A stretch of 32,000 nucleotides of DNA from Candidatus Saccharimonadota bacterium (GTDB taxonomy: Bacteria > Patescibacteriota > Saccharimonadia > Saccharimonadales > UBA4665): the NCBI GenBank assembly GCA_016699935.1, contig CP064992.1, positions 960,001 to 992,000 of the forward strand, given 5' to 3'. Below, piece by piece: positions 8,388 through 20,070 of this stretch (position 1 is the stretch's first letter; each line of letters opens with the position of its first letter). The translations under genes were made by a program, and so were the position numbers. The notes beneath the pieces were generated by a model. That model ran no database searches. It saw only the letters and a list, made by a program, of their open reading frames with translations, and was not told the DNA's origin.

Positions 8388-9835
8388 ATGTTTCGAACTT
8401 TTCAGGTTCTACGCTCTGCTGCTCGAGTCGGCCGTATACGATTGACAAATGCCTACGACTGGAAGTTGGAAATTGCGCAACAGTGCCAAGAGTTGGGGGG
8501 TGTGTACATCAAGTTTTTGCAGATGCTTGCTGTTCATCACAGTACCAAATATCTTGTCGAAGGCATGGGTGCAGCGCTGGCTTTCGAGCAAGTTCCTTAT
8601 GAAAAGATAGATCTACATCATCATATTGGTAATTTGGCAGAACAGTTTAGCAGTATAGATTCGAAGCCGTTTGCTGCTGGTTCTTACGGTCAGGTTTACA
8701 TGGGACAGTTGAAAACTGGCGAAAAGGTTGTGGTGAAAGTGCTACGGCCGTCTGTACGAAAAACGCTTCGGACTGATTTACGGATTCTAACTGTCATTGG
8801 CGCGTTTACAAGCCTATTTGCGGGGACATCGATGGTGAATTTCCGTCTTATGGCCAAAGAGTTTGCCGGGCGACATGGCTAGAAACAAACTATCAGCTAG
8901 AAGCGCAAAATGGAGAGCATTTGCGTGCTTATTTTGATGCACGTGGAACATTGACTATCCCCAGATCCTACCGCGAGCTTACAACAAGGACTGTACTTGT
9001 CCAAGAGTATGTTGGCGGTGTATCGTTAGTGTCTCTCGAAGCCAAACAGCATGAGGGTTATGGCATAGATAGTATCGTCAATCAAGCCCTTGGCTCGGAT
9101 GTGTGGACTCAGTTGCGCTTACTTGGAACTGAGCTTCTAAGAGCTACCGTCTATGCTGACTATCTTATGGTTGACCCACACCCCGGAAATATCAGGTTAT
9201 TACCAGACAACAGGGTCGCCCTTATAGATTTTGGCCTTATTTCTCCTGCCCCGACAAACAGAGGATCATTTGCTTCTTTGATACACGAGATGCGTAAGCT
9301 TTACGAGAATAAGTTTGAAGCCGGTAATTTCGCCGTAGCTATGCTAGCTTTTTTTGATGTTGAATTACACGACGCACTGGAACGTGTTGCACAGGAGCAA
9401 AGCGAGGATTATACGTTCTCGCTTGGTGGTTTTATCGACCATTTTACGGCTAGTCAGACGAAGCAAACAGAAATACAGCACTATTTATCGGACAAGCAGC
9501 TACTGCAGCTTTTTAGCAATATTCTCAACCAAGACAATAAGCTCGGTATACGAATAACAGAGGAGAACGCACTGGTTCAACGATCTATGACTATGTTTAT
9601 GTCGGTTATTCGCGCCATAAGTGATGCCCATGATGAGCGAGTCTACGAATCGATTATTCATGACTGTATTTTGGCGGTCGATGAAGAAATACAGGCCGTT
9701 GGTATTTCTCAGACAGCTACCCACCGTGAGATGAGTGAGGAGCGGGCTTATGAGGTTGCTTCCAATTGGCTAGCCATGGTTGCGGAGCGCGATCGACGGA
9801 TGTACCAGTTTATAACAGGAAGGAGTTACGCATGA
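8388..9835 (+). CDS. ABC1/UbiB (AarF) family atypical protein kinase, one frameshift near 8870
   Basis: The sequence reads MFRTFQVLRS...ELGGVYIKFLQMLA...PFAAGSYGQVYMGQLKTGEKVVVKVLRP. After the frame change it reads NYQLEAQNGEHL...VLVQEYVGGVSL...DPHPGNIRLLPDNRVALIDFGL. These are the characteristic ABC1 motifs. Confidence 0.8.
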
Positions 9836-10029
9836 GTGACAATTCACTAAAGGAATGGGTTATACAGCTTCGCTACCCATACACTGCAGGTGTAATTGCC
9901 GTTATCTGGTTGGGTAGTGCCACCTTAGCAATTATTCGCCCGGAAGTATCCGGTGAAGCATTAATCTCGTTGGTAGCTTTCGCAACTCTCATAGTGGCTT
10001 ATATTGGCTTCTCGTCCGGCCGCCGGTAG
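9832..10029 (+). CDS. Small two-helix membrane protein (paralog of 8146..8385)
   Basis: MSDNSLKEWVIQLRYPYTAGVIAVIWLGSATLAIIRPEVSGEALISLVAFATLIVAYIGFSSGRR. Its ATG overlaps the kinase stop codon (ATGA). It shares the RY..T..(I/V)AIWL...AI....L...IGF..GR pattern with the upstream small protein. Confidence 0.55.
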   Translation: MSDNSLKEWVIQLRYPYTAGVIAVIWLGSATLAIIRPEVSGEALISLVAFATLIVAYIGFSSGRR

Positions 10030-10037
10030 AGTGTTTT

Positions 10038-11570
10038 CTATTCCCACTCGATGGTGCCGGGGGGTTTACTGGTGATGTCGTAGACGACGCGGTTTATCCC
10101 GCGGACTTCACTGACGATGCGGCTCGAGATTTTCGCTAGCAAATCGTGCGGCAATTTCGCCCAGTCGGCCGTCATGCCGTCGCTGCTACTGACAGCACGG
10201 ACGGCACAGACTTTCTCGTATGTGCGGCCATCACCCATCACACCTACAGACTTTATGGGCAACAACACGGCGAAAAACTGCCAAACATCGGGTCTGATAG
10301 AGTGATTTTCTATCTCTTCGCGGACGATAGCATCGGCTTTTGCAATAGCTCAACATGCTCGGTGGTAATTTCGCCGATGATGCGGATGGCTAGGCCGGGG
10401 CCTGGGAAAGGTTGACGTTGCACCATTTTCTCTGGCAGGCCGAGCTTGGCGCCTAGCTCACGGACTTCGTCTTTAAAAATTTCGCGGAGAGGCTCGATGA
10501 GCTTAAGGTGCATTTTCTCTGGCAGCCCACCGACATTGTGGTGGGATTTGATGGTGACACTGGGTCCATTGACCGAAACGCTTTCGATGACATCTGGGTA
10601 CAAGGTGCCCTGCACAAGGAACTTTACGTCTGTGCCAATGGCTTTGGCTTCACGCTCAAAAATTGATATAAACTCTGCACCAATAATTTTTTCGTTTTGT
10701 TTCGGGGTCTTCAACACCCTTTAGCTTGGCGTAAGAAATCATCTGCTGCCCGGATTGGTTTGACATTTAGACCAACTGATTTGTAAGCGGCGAGCACTTC
10801 TTCGTACTCATTCAATCGTAGTAGCCCAGTATCGACGAAAATACATGTTTGTTGATGTCCAATGGCTTTATCGACCAATGTAGCAGCGACCGAAGAGTCA
10901 ACACCACCGGAAAGGGCGCAGACGACTTTGGCATCACCGACAGTCTGGCGAATGCTTTCGACCGCTTGGTCAATGATGGAGCCAGCCGACCAATTGCGGT
11001 GAAAGCCACAGAGGTCAAAGAAGCGTCCCAGGATGTTTTGCCCTCTTTGCTATGGGCAACTTCTGGGTGAAACTGCAAACCAAACAGCCCAAGTGCCGGG
11101 TCTTCCATGGCGCAAATGATGCCACCACTCATGGCAGTGACGGTGAAACCTTCGGGTGCTACGGCGACATGATCGCCGTGGCTCATCCAGACAGTTGAGC
11201 CATCGGCTTTTTCGTCGATAAGGCTGCTTTCGGCGGTGAGCGAAATGGTGGCGTTGCCATATTCGCGCGTGGTGCCGGGTTCTACCTTACCACCAAGATT
11301 GAGGGCAAAAAGCTGCATGCCATAGCAAACACCCAGGATGGGCACTTGAAGGCTAAAAATATCTTCATTTAGCCCTGGCGCGTCTTTTTCATAGACCGAA
11401 TTTGGGCCACCAGATAGGACGATCCCCTTTGGATCATAGGCAGTGATCTCATCTAAAGTGGCTCGAAATGGCAAAATAATGCTGTAAACGCCTAGTTCAC
11501 GCGCCGAGCGTGCAATCAGCTGTGTGTACTGGCTGCCATAGTCGAGAATAACTAGTGTTTCTTGACTCAT
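10038..11570 (-). CDS. guaA: GMP synthase (glutamine-hydrolysing), split into at least three frames in this assembly
   Basis: The N-terminal GATase reads [25 protein letters not shown]...GVCYGMQL...FHPEV (10812..11570). The central part has [18 protein letters not shown] (10310..10717). The C-terminus is ...[12 protein letters not shown] (10038..10268), the canonical GuaA end. Confidence 0.9.
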
Positions 11571-11593
11571 TGTTTAGGCTCCGTGCAACTCAC

Positions 11594-11674
11594 TGTCATT
11601 CTGAGCGAAGCCGAAGAATCTCCAAGGTTTTTAAGAAGATCTTTCGACTCCGCTTCGCTACGCTCAAGATGACA
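11594..11674. repeat. TGTCATTCTGAGCGAAG-type imperfect palindromic element in the guaA-guaB spacer
   Basis: The left arm tgtcattctgagcgaagccgaagaatctcc faces the right arm gaagatctttcgactccgcttcgctacgctcaagatgaca, whose reverse complement begins tgtcatcttgagcgtagcgaag. Related copies lie at 1741-1883 and 22950-22979. Confidence 0.6.
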
Positions 11675-11682
11675 AACCTTAA

Positions 11683-12813
11683 TCACTGGTAGTTGCCTCC
11701 GTCGTTGGTGATGAAGAGGTCATGCGGATGACTCTCCGCCAGAGAGGCTTGCGTTATCTGGACAAATTCGGCAGTTTCCCATAGCTCGGCGATAGTTTTT
11801 GCTCCAACATAGTACATGCCACTATATATGCCACCCATCCACATATCGATAAAGCTTTTAACAGTCCCCTTGCACGGGACAAGACCTTCTACGCCTTCAG
11901 CTACGAGCACATCACCGGTAAAGTTTTTACCATGGAATTCATCCTCACTGCTTATTTCGAGACCCTTTTTCATAGCACCTATAGAACCCATACCTCGGTA
12001 CGCTTTAAATGCGTAATCGTCTGATCCGTCTAGAATACTGCGGAAACGTGACGGTACTTGGTCTGCTTTGACGCGCGTTATTTCGCCAGGTGATTCTTCG
12101 GTCGCTGCAAACAAGCTACCAGTCATAATTGTAGATGCGCCTGCAGCCAAGGCTTTCATGACATCTCCCGAATTTACCAGGCCTCCATCTGCTATTACAG
12201 GAACGCCTGCTTTGAGAGCCACTGGTTTGATTTCTAGGAGCGCTGAGAGTTGAGGGACGCCCATGCCAGAGACAATGCGAGTTGAGCAAATTGCGCCAGG
12301 TCCCATGCCGACACGTAGTGCATCTGCGCCAGCGTCAATGAGTGCTTGGGCGCCGTCTGCTGTGGCGACATTGCCGGCAATAACTTCAACGTCGTAATGC
12401 GCTTTTATATATTTAACGGTGTCAATTACCTTTTTTGCGTATCCGTGGGCTGAGTCGACCACAATTACATCGACACCAGCCGCCAATAGTGCTTCGACGC
12501 GGGATTCATAGCCGGGGCTACTACCGACAGCTGCGCCTACTAACTGTCCGGCGTCTTTGACTGCTTTGACTTCCTTGGCCTGTTGGGAAATTGTTAAGTT
12601 GCGGTGGATGATACCTATCCCGCCTTCTTTCGCCAGGGCGATCGCCAAGCGTGACTCGGTGACTGTGTCCATTGGCGCAGACACAAATGGCGCCTTCAGC
12701 GCCAGTTTTTTCGTCAGTTTAGTTTGTAGGTTTATATCTGCTCGGTCGAAACCGGAGTAACCCGGACGAAGGAGGACATCGTTGAATGTGAGTGAAAGAG
12801 AAAATTGTTTCAT
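11683..12813 (-). CDS. guaB: IMP dehydrogenase, short form lacking the CBS (Bateman) subdomain
   Basis: The 376-aa ORF reads [17 protein letters not shown]...[39 protein letters not shown] (catalytic Cys loop) and IADGG. Only about 20 aa separate IHRN from VGAAVG, where a CBS pair normally sits. It is adjacent to guaA. Confidence 0.85.
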   Translation of the reverse strand: MKQFSLSLTFNDVLLRPGYSGFDRADINLQTKLTKKLALKAPFVSAPMDTVTESRLAIALAKEGGIGIIHRNLTISQQAKEVKAVKDAGQLVGAAVGSSPGYESRVEALLAAGVDVIVVDSAHGYAKKVIDTVKYIKAHYDVEVIAGNVATADGAQALIDAGADALRVGMGPGAICSTRIVSGMGVPQLSALLEIKPVALKAGVPVIADGGLVNSGDVMKALAAGASTIMTGSLFAATEESPGEITRVKADQVPSRFRSILDGSDDYAFKAYRGMGSIGAMKKGLEISSEDEFHGKNFTGDVLVAEGVEGLVPCKGTVKSFIDMWMGGIYSGMYYVGAKTIAELWETAEFVQITQASLAESHPHDLFITNDGGNYQ

Positions 12814-12818
12814 AACCT

Positions 12819-12847
12819 ATTCTACCGCATGAATCACTCGTTGCCAA
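12819..12847 (-). promoter_or_regulatory. Candidate guaB promoter TTGGCA-N17-TAGAAT, with the -10 box ending 5 nt before the ATG (leaderless layout)
   Basis: The minus strand reads cTTGGCAacgagtgattcatgcggTAGAATaggttATG. Positions were counted by hand. Confidence 0.5.
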
Positions 12848-12888
12848 GACTGTCTGTGAGAAATGTTACAAAAAAGTGCGCTTGAGTG

Positions 12889-12918
12889 TTTACAGGCAGT
12901 AGTCCACTCTGTTACAAT
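12889..12918 (+). promoter_or_regulatory. Candidate ATP synthase operon promoter TTTACA-N18-TACAAT, 11 nt upstream of the atpZ-like ATG
   Basis: The plus strand reads gTTTACAggcagtagtccactctgtTACAATtacccaacgtaATG. The same TACAATta plus 9 nt plus ATG layout occurs upstream of cyoA (30843-30862). Confidence 0.4.
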
Positions 12919-12929
12919 TACCCAACGTA

Positions 12930-13193
12930 ATGGCGGATACTTCTACCACCACGCCTGGGTCTCATACGGCGCGCTCTAAGAGCGTTGCTTCGGCGGTTTT
13001 ACTTGATATGGCAGATACAACGTGGCGAATATTTGTGCCGACCATCGGTCTGCTGCTGCTGGGACGCCACTTTGACTTGAAGTTTGGAACAAAGCCGTGG
13101 CTCATGCTCGTGGGCGTTGCAGTTGGTGCGCTCCTGGCGGCCCTACTCATTCGCCATCAAATAGTACGACCAACTGAAGAGAAAACGAGGTGA
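12930..13193 (+). CDS. AtpZ/AtpI-like small membrane protein of the ATP synthase operon
   Basis: The 87-aa ORF has two TM helices and reads ..TWRIFVPTIGLLLLGRHFDLKFGTKPWLMLVGVAVGALLAAL, which resembles the G..lD..lgT.Pw pattern of the AtpZ family. It sits immediately 5' of atpB. Confidence 0.6.
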   Translation: MADTSTTTPGSHTARSKSVASAVLLDMADTTWRIFVPTIGLLLLGRHFDLKFGTKPWLMLVGVAVGALLAALLIRHQIVRPTEEKTR

Positions 13194-13199
13194 AAACAA

Positions 13200-14019
13200 A
13201 TGATTTCACCTCAATTTTTTGCGTCTGAAAAGCTCAATATTGTATTGCCAACGGAAGCAATTTTTTTTCGTCGGCCCTCTGCCAGTTACGAACGCCATGT
13301 TGCTTGGTGGTTTTAGCGTCACTGTATTACTTGATTTTTTTCTACACAGCATCTATGGTGAAAAGGGTCAAACAAACCGGTTTGTTGGACTTGTCCAGTG
13401 GGCATTTGAGGGTATGTACAAAGCCGTCTACGATATCGTACCCGACCGGGTGATGGCGCGCAGCATTGCCCCACTTGCACTCACGATATTCTTTACTGTG
13501 CTTATTAGCTACTGGGCAGATATATTGCCAGGTGTTGGTCACTCGATTAGCTGGCACGGTGGCGAACTGCTCCGTTCATTGCCGACTGACCTGAACTTTA
13601 CGATTGCGCTTGCTATCACCTCCATGACAGCGGTGCAGTTTTATGCCGTGAAGCAGCATGGGTTTCTTGGCAACGCGAAGCGCTATGTAATCAGCCCGCT
13701 CAAAAACCCTATAGGAGCGTTTGAGGGTTTTCTTGAGCTCATCGGCGAGTTTTCACGCTTGATTGCCCTGAGCCTGCGACTTTTTGGGAATGCCTTTGCG
13801 GGTGCGGCGCTACTTGCAATCGTCGCCGGGCTGGCGTCCTATGCAGCCTCGGCGGTGCTGCCGTTTTTCATGGCATTTGAGCTTTTCATCGGCTTCATCC
13901 AGGCCTATGTGTTTTACGTTTTGACCCTCATCTTTGCTTCACTTGCCACCGCGAGCCACGGCGGCTCCCACGACACAGCTCATGATTCTGCTAAAACCAA
14001 GGAGGTAGCCGCAGCGTAA
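13200..14019 (+). CDS. atpB: F0F1 ATP synthase subunit a, with a frame error in the T8 run at 13261-13268
   Basis: The ATG at 13200 follows a GAGG box. MISPQFFASEKLNIVLPTEAIFF continues as VGPLPVTNAMLLGG if the T run is one base shorter. It contains LSLRLFGNAFAG, the conserved Arg region of subunit a. Confidence 0.9.
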
Positions 14020-14078
14020 ATGAGGTTAAATTCGCCCCTGTAAAACTAATCAACGAAGTTAAATAAGGAGAAATATCA

Positions 14079-14288
14079 ATGGAAAATATCGCTTTTGCAC
14101 TCGCGTACGCACTGCCCGCACTTGGTGCCGCTATGGGTGTCGGTCTAATCGGTAAGGGTGCTCTCGGCGCCGCAGGGCGCAACCCAGAAAAAATTGGTGA
14201 ACTACGTACGCTCATGATTACCGCTATCGTGTTTGCTGACTCACTAGCCATCATTGGTATCATTGTTGGTTTCTTGGCTAAAGGTTAA
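14079..14288 (+). CDS. atpE: F0F1 ATP synthase subunit c
   Basis: The 69-aa hairpin protein has GLIGKGALGAAGRNPE in the loop and the carboxylate in IVFADSLAIIG. A taaggag box precedes the ATG. Confidence 0.9.
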   Translation: MENIAFALAYALPALGAAMGVGLIGKGALGAAGRNPEKIGELRTLMITAIVFADSLAIIGIIVGFLAKG

Positions 14289-14309
14289 TAGGACGGCATA
14301 GGAATATCT

Positions 14310-14848
14310 GTGACACAATTATTTACCCAATTTGCATCTGAAGCAGCCGCTGCGGAAGCTTCCAATCCTGTGAAAGCACTCGGGATTGACGTCAAGCTGC
14401 TGGTTTTTCAAATCATTGCTTTTGCACTACTGACGTGGCTGCTAAGCAAGTACGTTTTCCCGGTGCTTATGAAAGCGGTCGATGATCGCCAAAAGCGCAT
14501 CGATGAGGGCAATACGGCTGCCGCTGAGGCCGCCAAGCAGGCCGCTGAAACAGAGACGAAACTGGCAAAGTTACTCAAAGAAGCGCGTAGTGAGGCGAGT
14601 GATATCGTCGCCACCGCCAAGGAAGAGGCTGCCGGATTGGTAGCCAAAAGCGAAGAAAAGTCGAAGGCACAGGCAGAAAGAATCGTTGCGGCTGCACACG
14701 AGACCATCGAAAAAGACGTTTTGACTGCCAAAAAAGCCCTGCACAACGAAACGATTGAGCTCGTGGCTCAGGCTACCAAGAAGTCGTGGGCAAGACGGTC
14801 GATGCGGGCGTCGACAAACAGCTTATCACCCAATCCATCAAGAGGTGA
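14310..14848 (+). CDS. atpF: F0F1 ATP synthase subunit b (C-terminal frame error near 14785)
   Basis: It has an N-terminal TM helix (LLVFQIIAFALLTWLLSKYVF) and then a long charged helix. The corrected frame reads ..KKVVGKTVDAGVDKQLITQSIKR, ending at the TGA at 14846..14848, just before the atpH ATG. Confidence 0.8.
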
Positions 14849-14857
14849 GCGCCTAAT

Positions 14858-15241
14858 ATGCAAGGCAAACTTAGCCGGCGCAAGATCGCTCAGTATGTAG
14901 CTGAACATGTCCCTTCGGGTCGCGTGCCAGAGCAAGTCATGAACGAAGTGGCGGCTTATTTGGTTGAGACACGCCGCGTGCGTGAAGCAGCCCTAGTCGT
15001 TCGCGCTATAGAGGACGCCTTGTTTGAGCGAGGTATAGCCGTGGTGACGGTGACATCTGCTCGCCCGCTCGATGACGAGCTGCGCCAGGCTGTAACCGCC
15101 CAAGTCGGCATGCGGGATGTGTATTTGCGTGAGCTGGTCGACCCGACGGTATTGGGTGGTATTCGCCTGCAAACAGCCGATGCATCGTATGACGGTACAC
15201 TTGCTCATAAACTAAATGGCCTCGCGGCCGCGAAATTATAG
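14858..15241 (+). CDS. atpH: F0F1 ATP synthase subunit delta (OSCP), short 127-aa form
   Basis: It lies between atpF and atpA. The C-terminus LVDPTVLGGIRLQTADASYDGTLAHKLNGL matches the delta-subunit GG(I/V)x(I/L)xxGD...D.S....L pattern. Confidence 0.75.
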   Translation: MQGKLSRRKIAQYVAEHVPSGRVPEQVMNEVAAYLVETRRVREAALVVRAIEDALFERGIAVVTVTSARPLDDELRQAVTAQVGMRDVYLRELVDPTVLGGIRLQTADASYDGTLAHKLNGLAAAKL

Positions 15242-15256
15242 AAAGGATTGACAGAT

Positions 15257-16797
15257 ATGGCAGATATTGCAGTCAGCGAGTTATCAAAAGGGCTTCGCGA
15301 CGCTATCGCGCAGCTCGACAGTGGTGAAAATATGGAGTCAACCGGTGTTGTTACTCGCGTGGGTGACGGTGTGGCTTGGGTACACGGTTTACGCAGCGCA
15401 GGGTATGCCGAAGTGCTTGAAATCCAAACGACGCATGGTGTGGTAGAAGCATTTGCGCTCAACCTTATGGAAGATGAAATCGGTGCGGTGCTGCTCGGCG
15501 AAGATCGCTATGTCGTAGCCGGTGATGCCGTGAAGCTCAAAGGTGTCGTGCTGGAAGTACCAGTAGGGCCAGAGCTTTTGGGTCGTGTCGTGAACCCGCT
15601 TGGGCAGCCGCTAGACGGCGGTCCGGCTATAAAAACGAAAGAAACTGGGCTCGTTGAACAACGTGCTATTGGCGTCATGGGGCGTCGTTCTGTGCATGAG
15701 CCGCTTATGACAGGCATCATGGCGATTGACGCTATGTTCCCAATCGGCCGCGGTCAGCGTGAACTTATCATCGGCGACCGCCAAACTGGTAAAACTGCCA
15801 TTGCCATCGATACGATGATTAACCAGGCCAAACAACAGACTGGCGTGGCCAATATATACGTTGCTATCGGCCAGAAGCTCAGTAAGGTTGCTCGGCTCGT
15901 TGAGCGCCTGAAACAAGAGGGCGTGATGGAACAAACCATTGTCGTTGCGACTGGCCCAAGTGACCCTGCTTCACTGCTATATCTAGCGCCATATGCTGGA
16001 ACGGCTATGGGCGAATGGTTCCGCGACAATAGCAAACATGCACTCATGATTTACGATGACCTCACCAAGCATGCTGTGGCGTACCGCCAGATGTCACTAC
16101 TGCTTCGTCGTCCGCCGGGACGTGAAGCGTACCCAGGCGACGTTTTCTACCTGCACTCACGTTTGCTTGAGCGATCAGCCAAGCTCAACGATGAGCTTGG
16201 GAGCAGCTCACTGACTGCCCTGCCTATCATCGAGACACAGGCCGGAGACATTTCTGCCTACATTCCGACAAACGTCATCTCCATCACTGATGGTCAGATT
16301 TTCATGGAACTGACCTGTTTTACTCAAAGGTATTCGCCCAGCTATCTCAGCCGGCCTCAGCGTTTCACGTGTTGGTGGTGATGCCCAGACCAAAAGCAGT
16401 CAAATCTGTCTCTGAGTCGTCTAAAACTTGGCCTTAGCCAGTTCCGTGAGCTTGCGGCGTTCTGCCCAGTTTGGTTCTGACCTTGACGATGAAACCAAGA
16501 AGCTCATCGAGCGCGGTCAGCGACCGACTGAGCTACTTAAGCAGCCGCAGTACAGTCCGCTAAGTATCTGGGAGCAAGTGGCAGTATATTTGCCATTAAC
16601 GAAGGACATTTCGACCGTGTTGCGCGCGAAAAAATCAAAGATGCCCGAAGGCTGCCCTCCTTGCAAAGCTCGCGAATGAAGCACAAAAAGAGATGGATGA
16701 ACTGAATAAAGGTACTGAAAAGGTTGAAGTCGATAGCGCCACCGGAAAGCTTCTTGCAAAAGTCGCTACAGCCGCTGCAAAAGGATTTGAGGCGTAA
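15257..16797 (+). CDS. atpA: F0F1 ATP synthase subunit alpha, with several frame errors after about 16308
   Basis: It carries [18 protein letters not shown] (Walker A), [44 protein letters not shown] and ITDGQIF. Shifted frames give [22 protein letters not shown] and [31 protein letters not shown]. It ends ..AAAKGFEA at the TAA at 16795..16797. Confidence 0.9.
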
Positions 16798-16906
16798 GTA
16801 ATGAATGACGTATGGAGAATGGCTGAGAAGAATGACGTATGGCGAATGGCGAATGATGTATCCGCTGCTATCACCTACTTAATACACCATTCGTCATACG
16901 CTATTC
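16798..16906. repeat. Heptamer-repeat hairpin element (no ORF) in the atpA-atpG spacer
   Basis: Tandem 7-nt units gaatgac gtatggc gaatggc gaatgat gtatcc run on the left (to 16863), and gaatgacgtatgg occurs twice. The inverted arm is atacaccattcgtcatacgctattc (16882-16906). Positions 16837-16861 pair with 16882-16906 at 20 of 25 positions by hand. Confidence 0.65.
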
Positions 16907-16928
16907 GAAAGAAACGGAGTTTCTGCTA

Positions 16929-17795
16929 ATGGCCTCTACCCGTCAGCTTAAAAGCCGTATCCGATCCGTCGGGAGCACGAAGCAAATTACCAAAGCCATG
17001 CAAATGGTAGCGGCGAGCAAGATGCGCCGTGCCCAAGACGCCACCAAAGCCTCAACACCGTATTCACGAGTGGCGAGTGAAATATTGACGCACCTTGCAA
17101 GCCAGGGCGCGACGAAAAACCACCCGCTATTTACTGAAACAACGGTAAAATCACGACTGTACATCGTCATTACCAGCGACAAAGGTCTGGCCGGAGCATA
17201 CAATGCGAATGTTCTGAAGGCTTACCTGGCTGAGCTGCGTGCGGACGAAGCGAAAAGTATCTCGAACCACACCATAGCCGTTGGGCGCAAGGCTTCACAG
17301 TTTGCTGTGCGGCTGAAACACACTTCCCTACGTGGCACGTACGAAAATCTCCCAGACCAGCCTACTGGTGCCGAAATATCTGCCATCATCAGCGCAGCGT
17401 ATGATTTGTTTGTGAGCGGTGAAGTTGATGCGGTTGACCTCATCTATACCGAGTTCGTCAGTAGCATGACTCAGATACCGCGCGTCCATCGGATTCTTCC
17501 TGCGGGCTGGACTCCGACCGAGGTTCGCCAGTCTATTCGCGATGCTCAGTACGAGCCAAACATGGAGTTAGTGCTAGAGAGTGTCGTCCGTCGACTGGTG
17601 GAGTCACAGCTTTACCAAGCCTTGCTTGATGCCCGCGCCAGCGAACACAGTATGCGTATGATCGCTATGAAAAACGCGACAGACAATGCCAGTGACCTCG
17701 TGGACGACCTGACACTCGAAATGAATAAAGCTCGCCAAGCGGCCATAACGCAAGAACTGGCGGAGATTTCCGGCGGCGCGGAGGCCATGAAGTAG
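16929..17795 (+). CDS. atpG: F0F1 ATP synthase subunit gamma
   Basis: The 288-aa ORF begins MASTRQLKSRIRSVGSTKQITKAMQMVAASKMRRAQ and ends NKARQAAITQELAEISGGAEA. Both are canonical gamma-subunit termini. Confidence 0.9.
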   Translation: MASTRQLKSRIRSVGSTKQITKAMQMVAASKMRRAQDATKASTPYSRVASEILTHLASQGATKNHPLFTETTVKSRLYIVITSDKGLAGAYNANVLKAYLAELRADEAKSISNHTIAVGRKASQFAVRLKHTSLRGTYENLPDQPTGAEISAIISAAYDLFVSGEVDAVDLIYTEFVSSMTQIPRVHRILPAGWTPTEVRQSIRDAQYEPNMELVLESVVRRLVESQLYQALLDARASEHSMRMIAMKNATDNASDLVDDLTLEMNKARQAAITQELAEISGGAEAMK

Positions 17796-17815
17796 CATGG
17801 CTACTTCTGGAATAA

Positions 17816-19640
<1,825 letters not shown>

Positions 19641-19644
19641 TACG

Positions 19645-20070
19645 ATGAAGCTTAGGCTTGTCACCCTGGCGGGAACCAAACTGGACGAAGACGTCTATGA
19701 GGTCATACTCCCGACGGCCGATGGTGAAATTGCCGTGTTTCCTGACCATGAACCTATAGTGACAGTTGCCGTTCCCGGTGTCATTTCGGTGCGCCGAAAA
19801 CCGACAGACAGTGATGATTTACTTGAGGTCTACGCGGTGACTGGCGGCGTCATAGAGATTGATGCTCAGACTATAAGTGTTCTTGTAGATGATGCTGACC
19901 ATAGCTCCGAGATTACTGAGGCCGAAGCCAAAGAAGCGCTCGATCGCGCCCTGAAGCTACAAAATTCTGCTACAAACCAAATCGAGCTTGAAAAGGCCCA
20001 CCAGCTCGTCGACCGTCACATGGTTCGCCTAAAAGTCGCCGACCTTCACCGCCGCCACCGCCGCGGCTAG
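19645..20070 (+). CDS. atpC: F0F1 ATP synthase subunit epsilon
   Basis: MKLRLVTLAGTKLDEDVYEVILPTADGEIAVFPDHEPIVT is a typical epsilon N-terminal beta-sandwich. The start is placed at the ATG at 19645, after an aaaagga box, rather than at the upstream GTG at 19624. Confidence 0.85.
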   Translation: MKLRLVTLAGTKLDEDVYEVILPTADGEIAVFPDHEPIVTVAVPGVISVRRKPTDSDDLLEVYAVTGGVIEIDAQTISVLVDDADHSSEITEAEAKEALDRALKLQNSATNQIELEKAHQLVDRHMVRLKVADLHRRHRRG

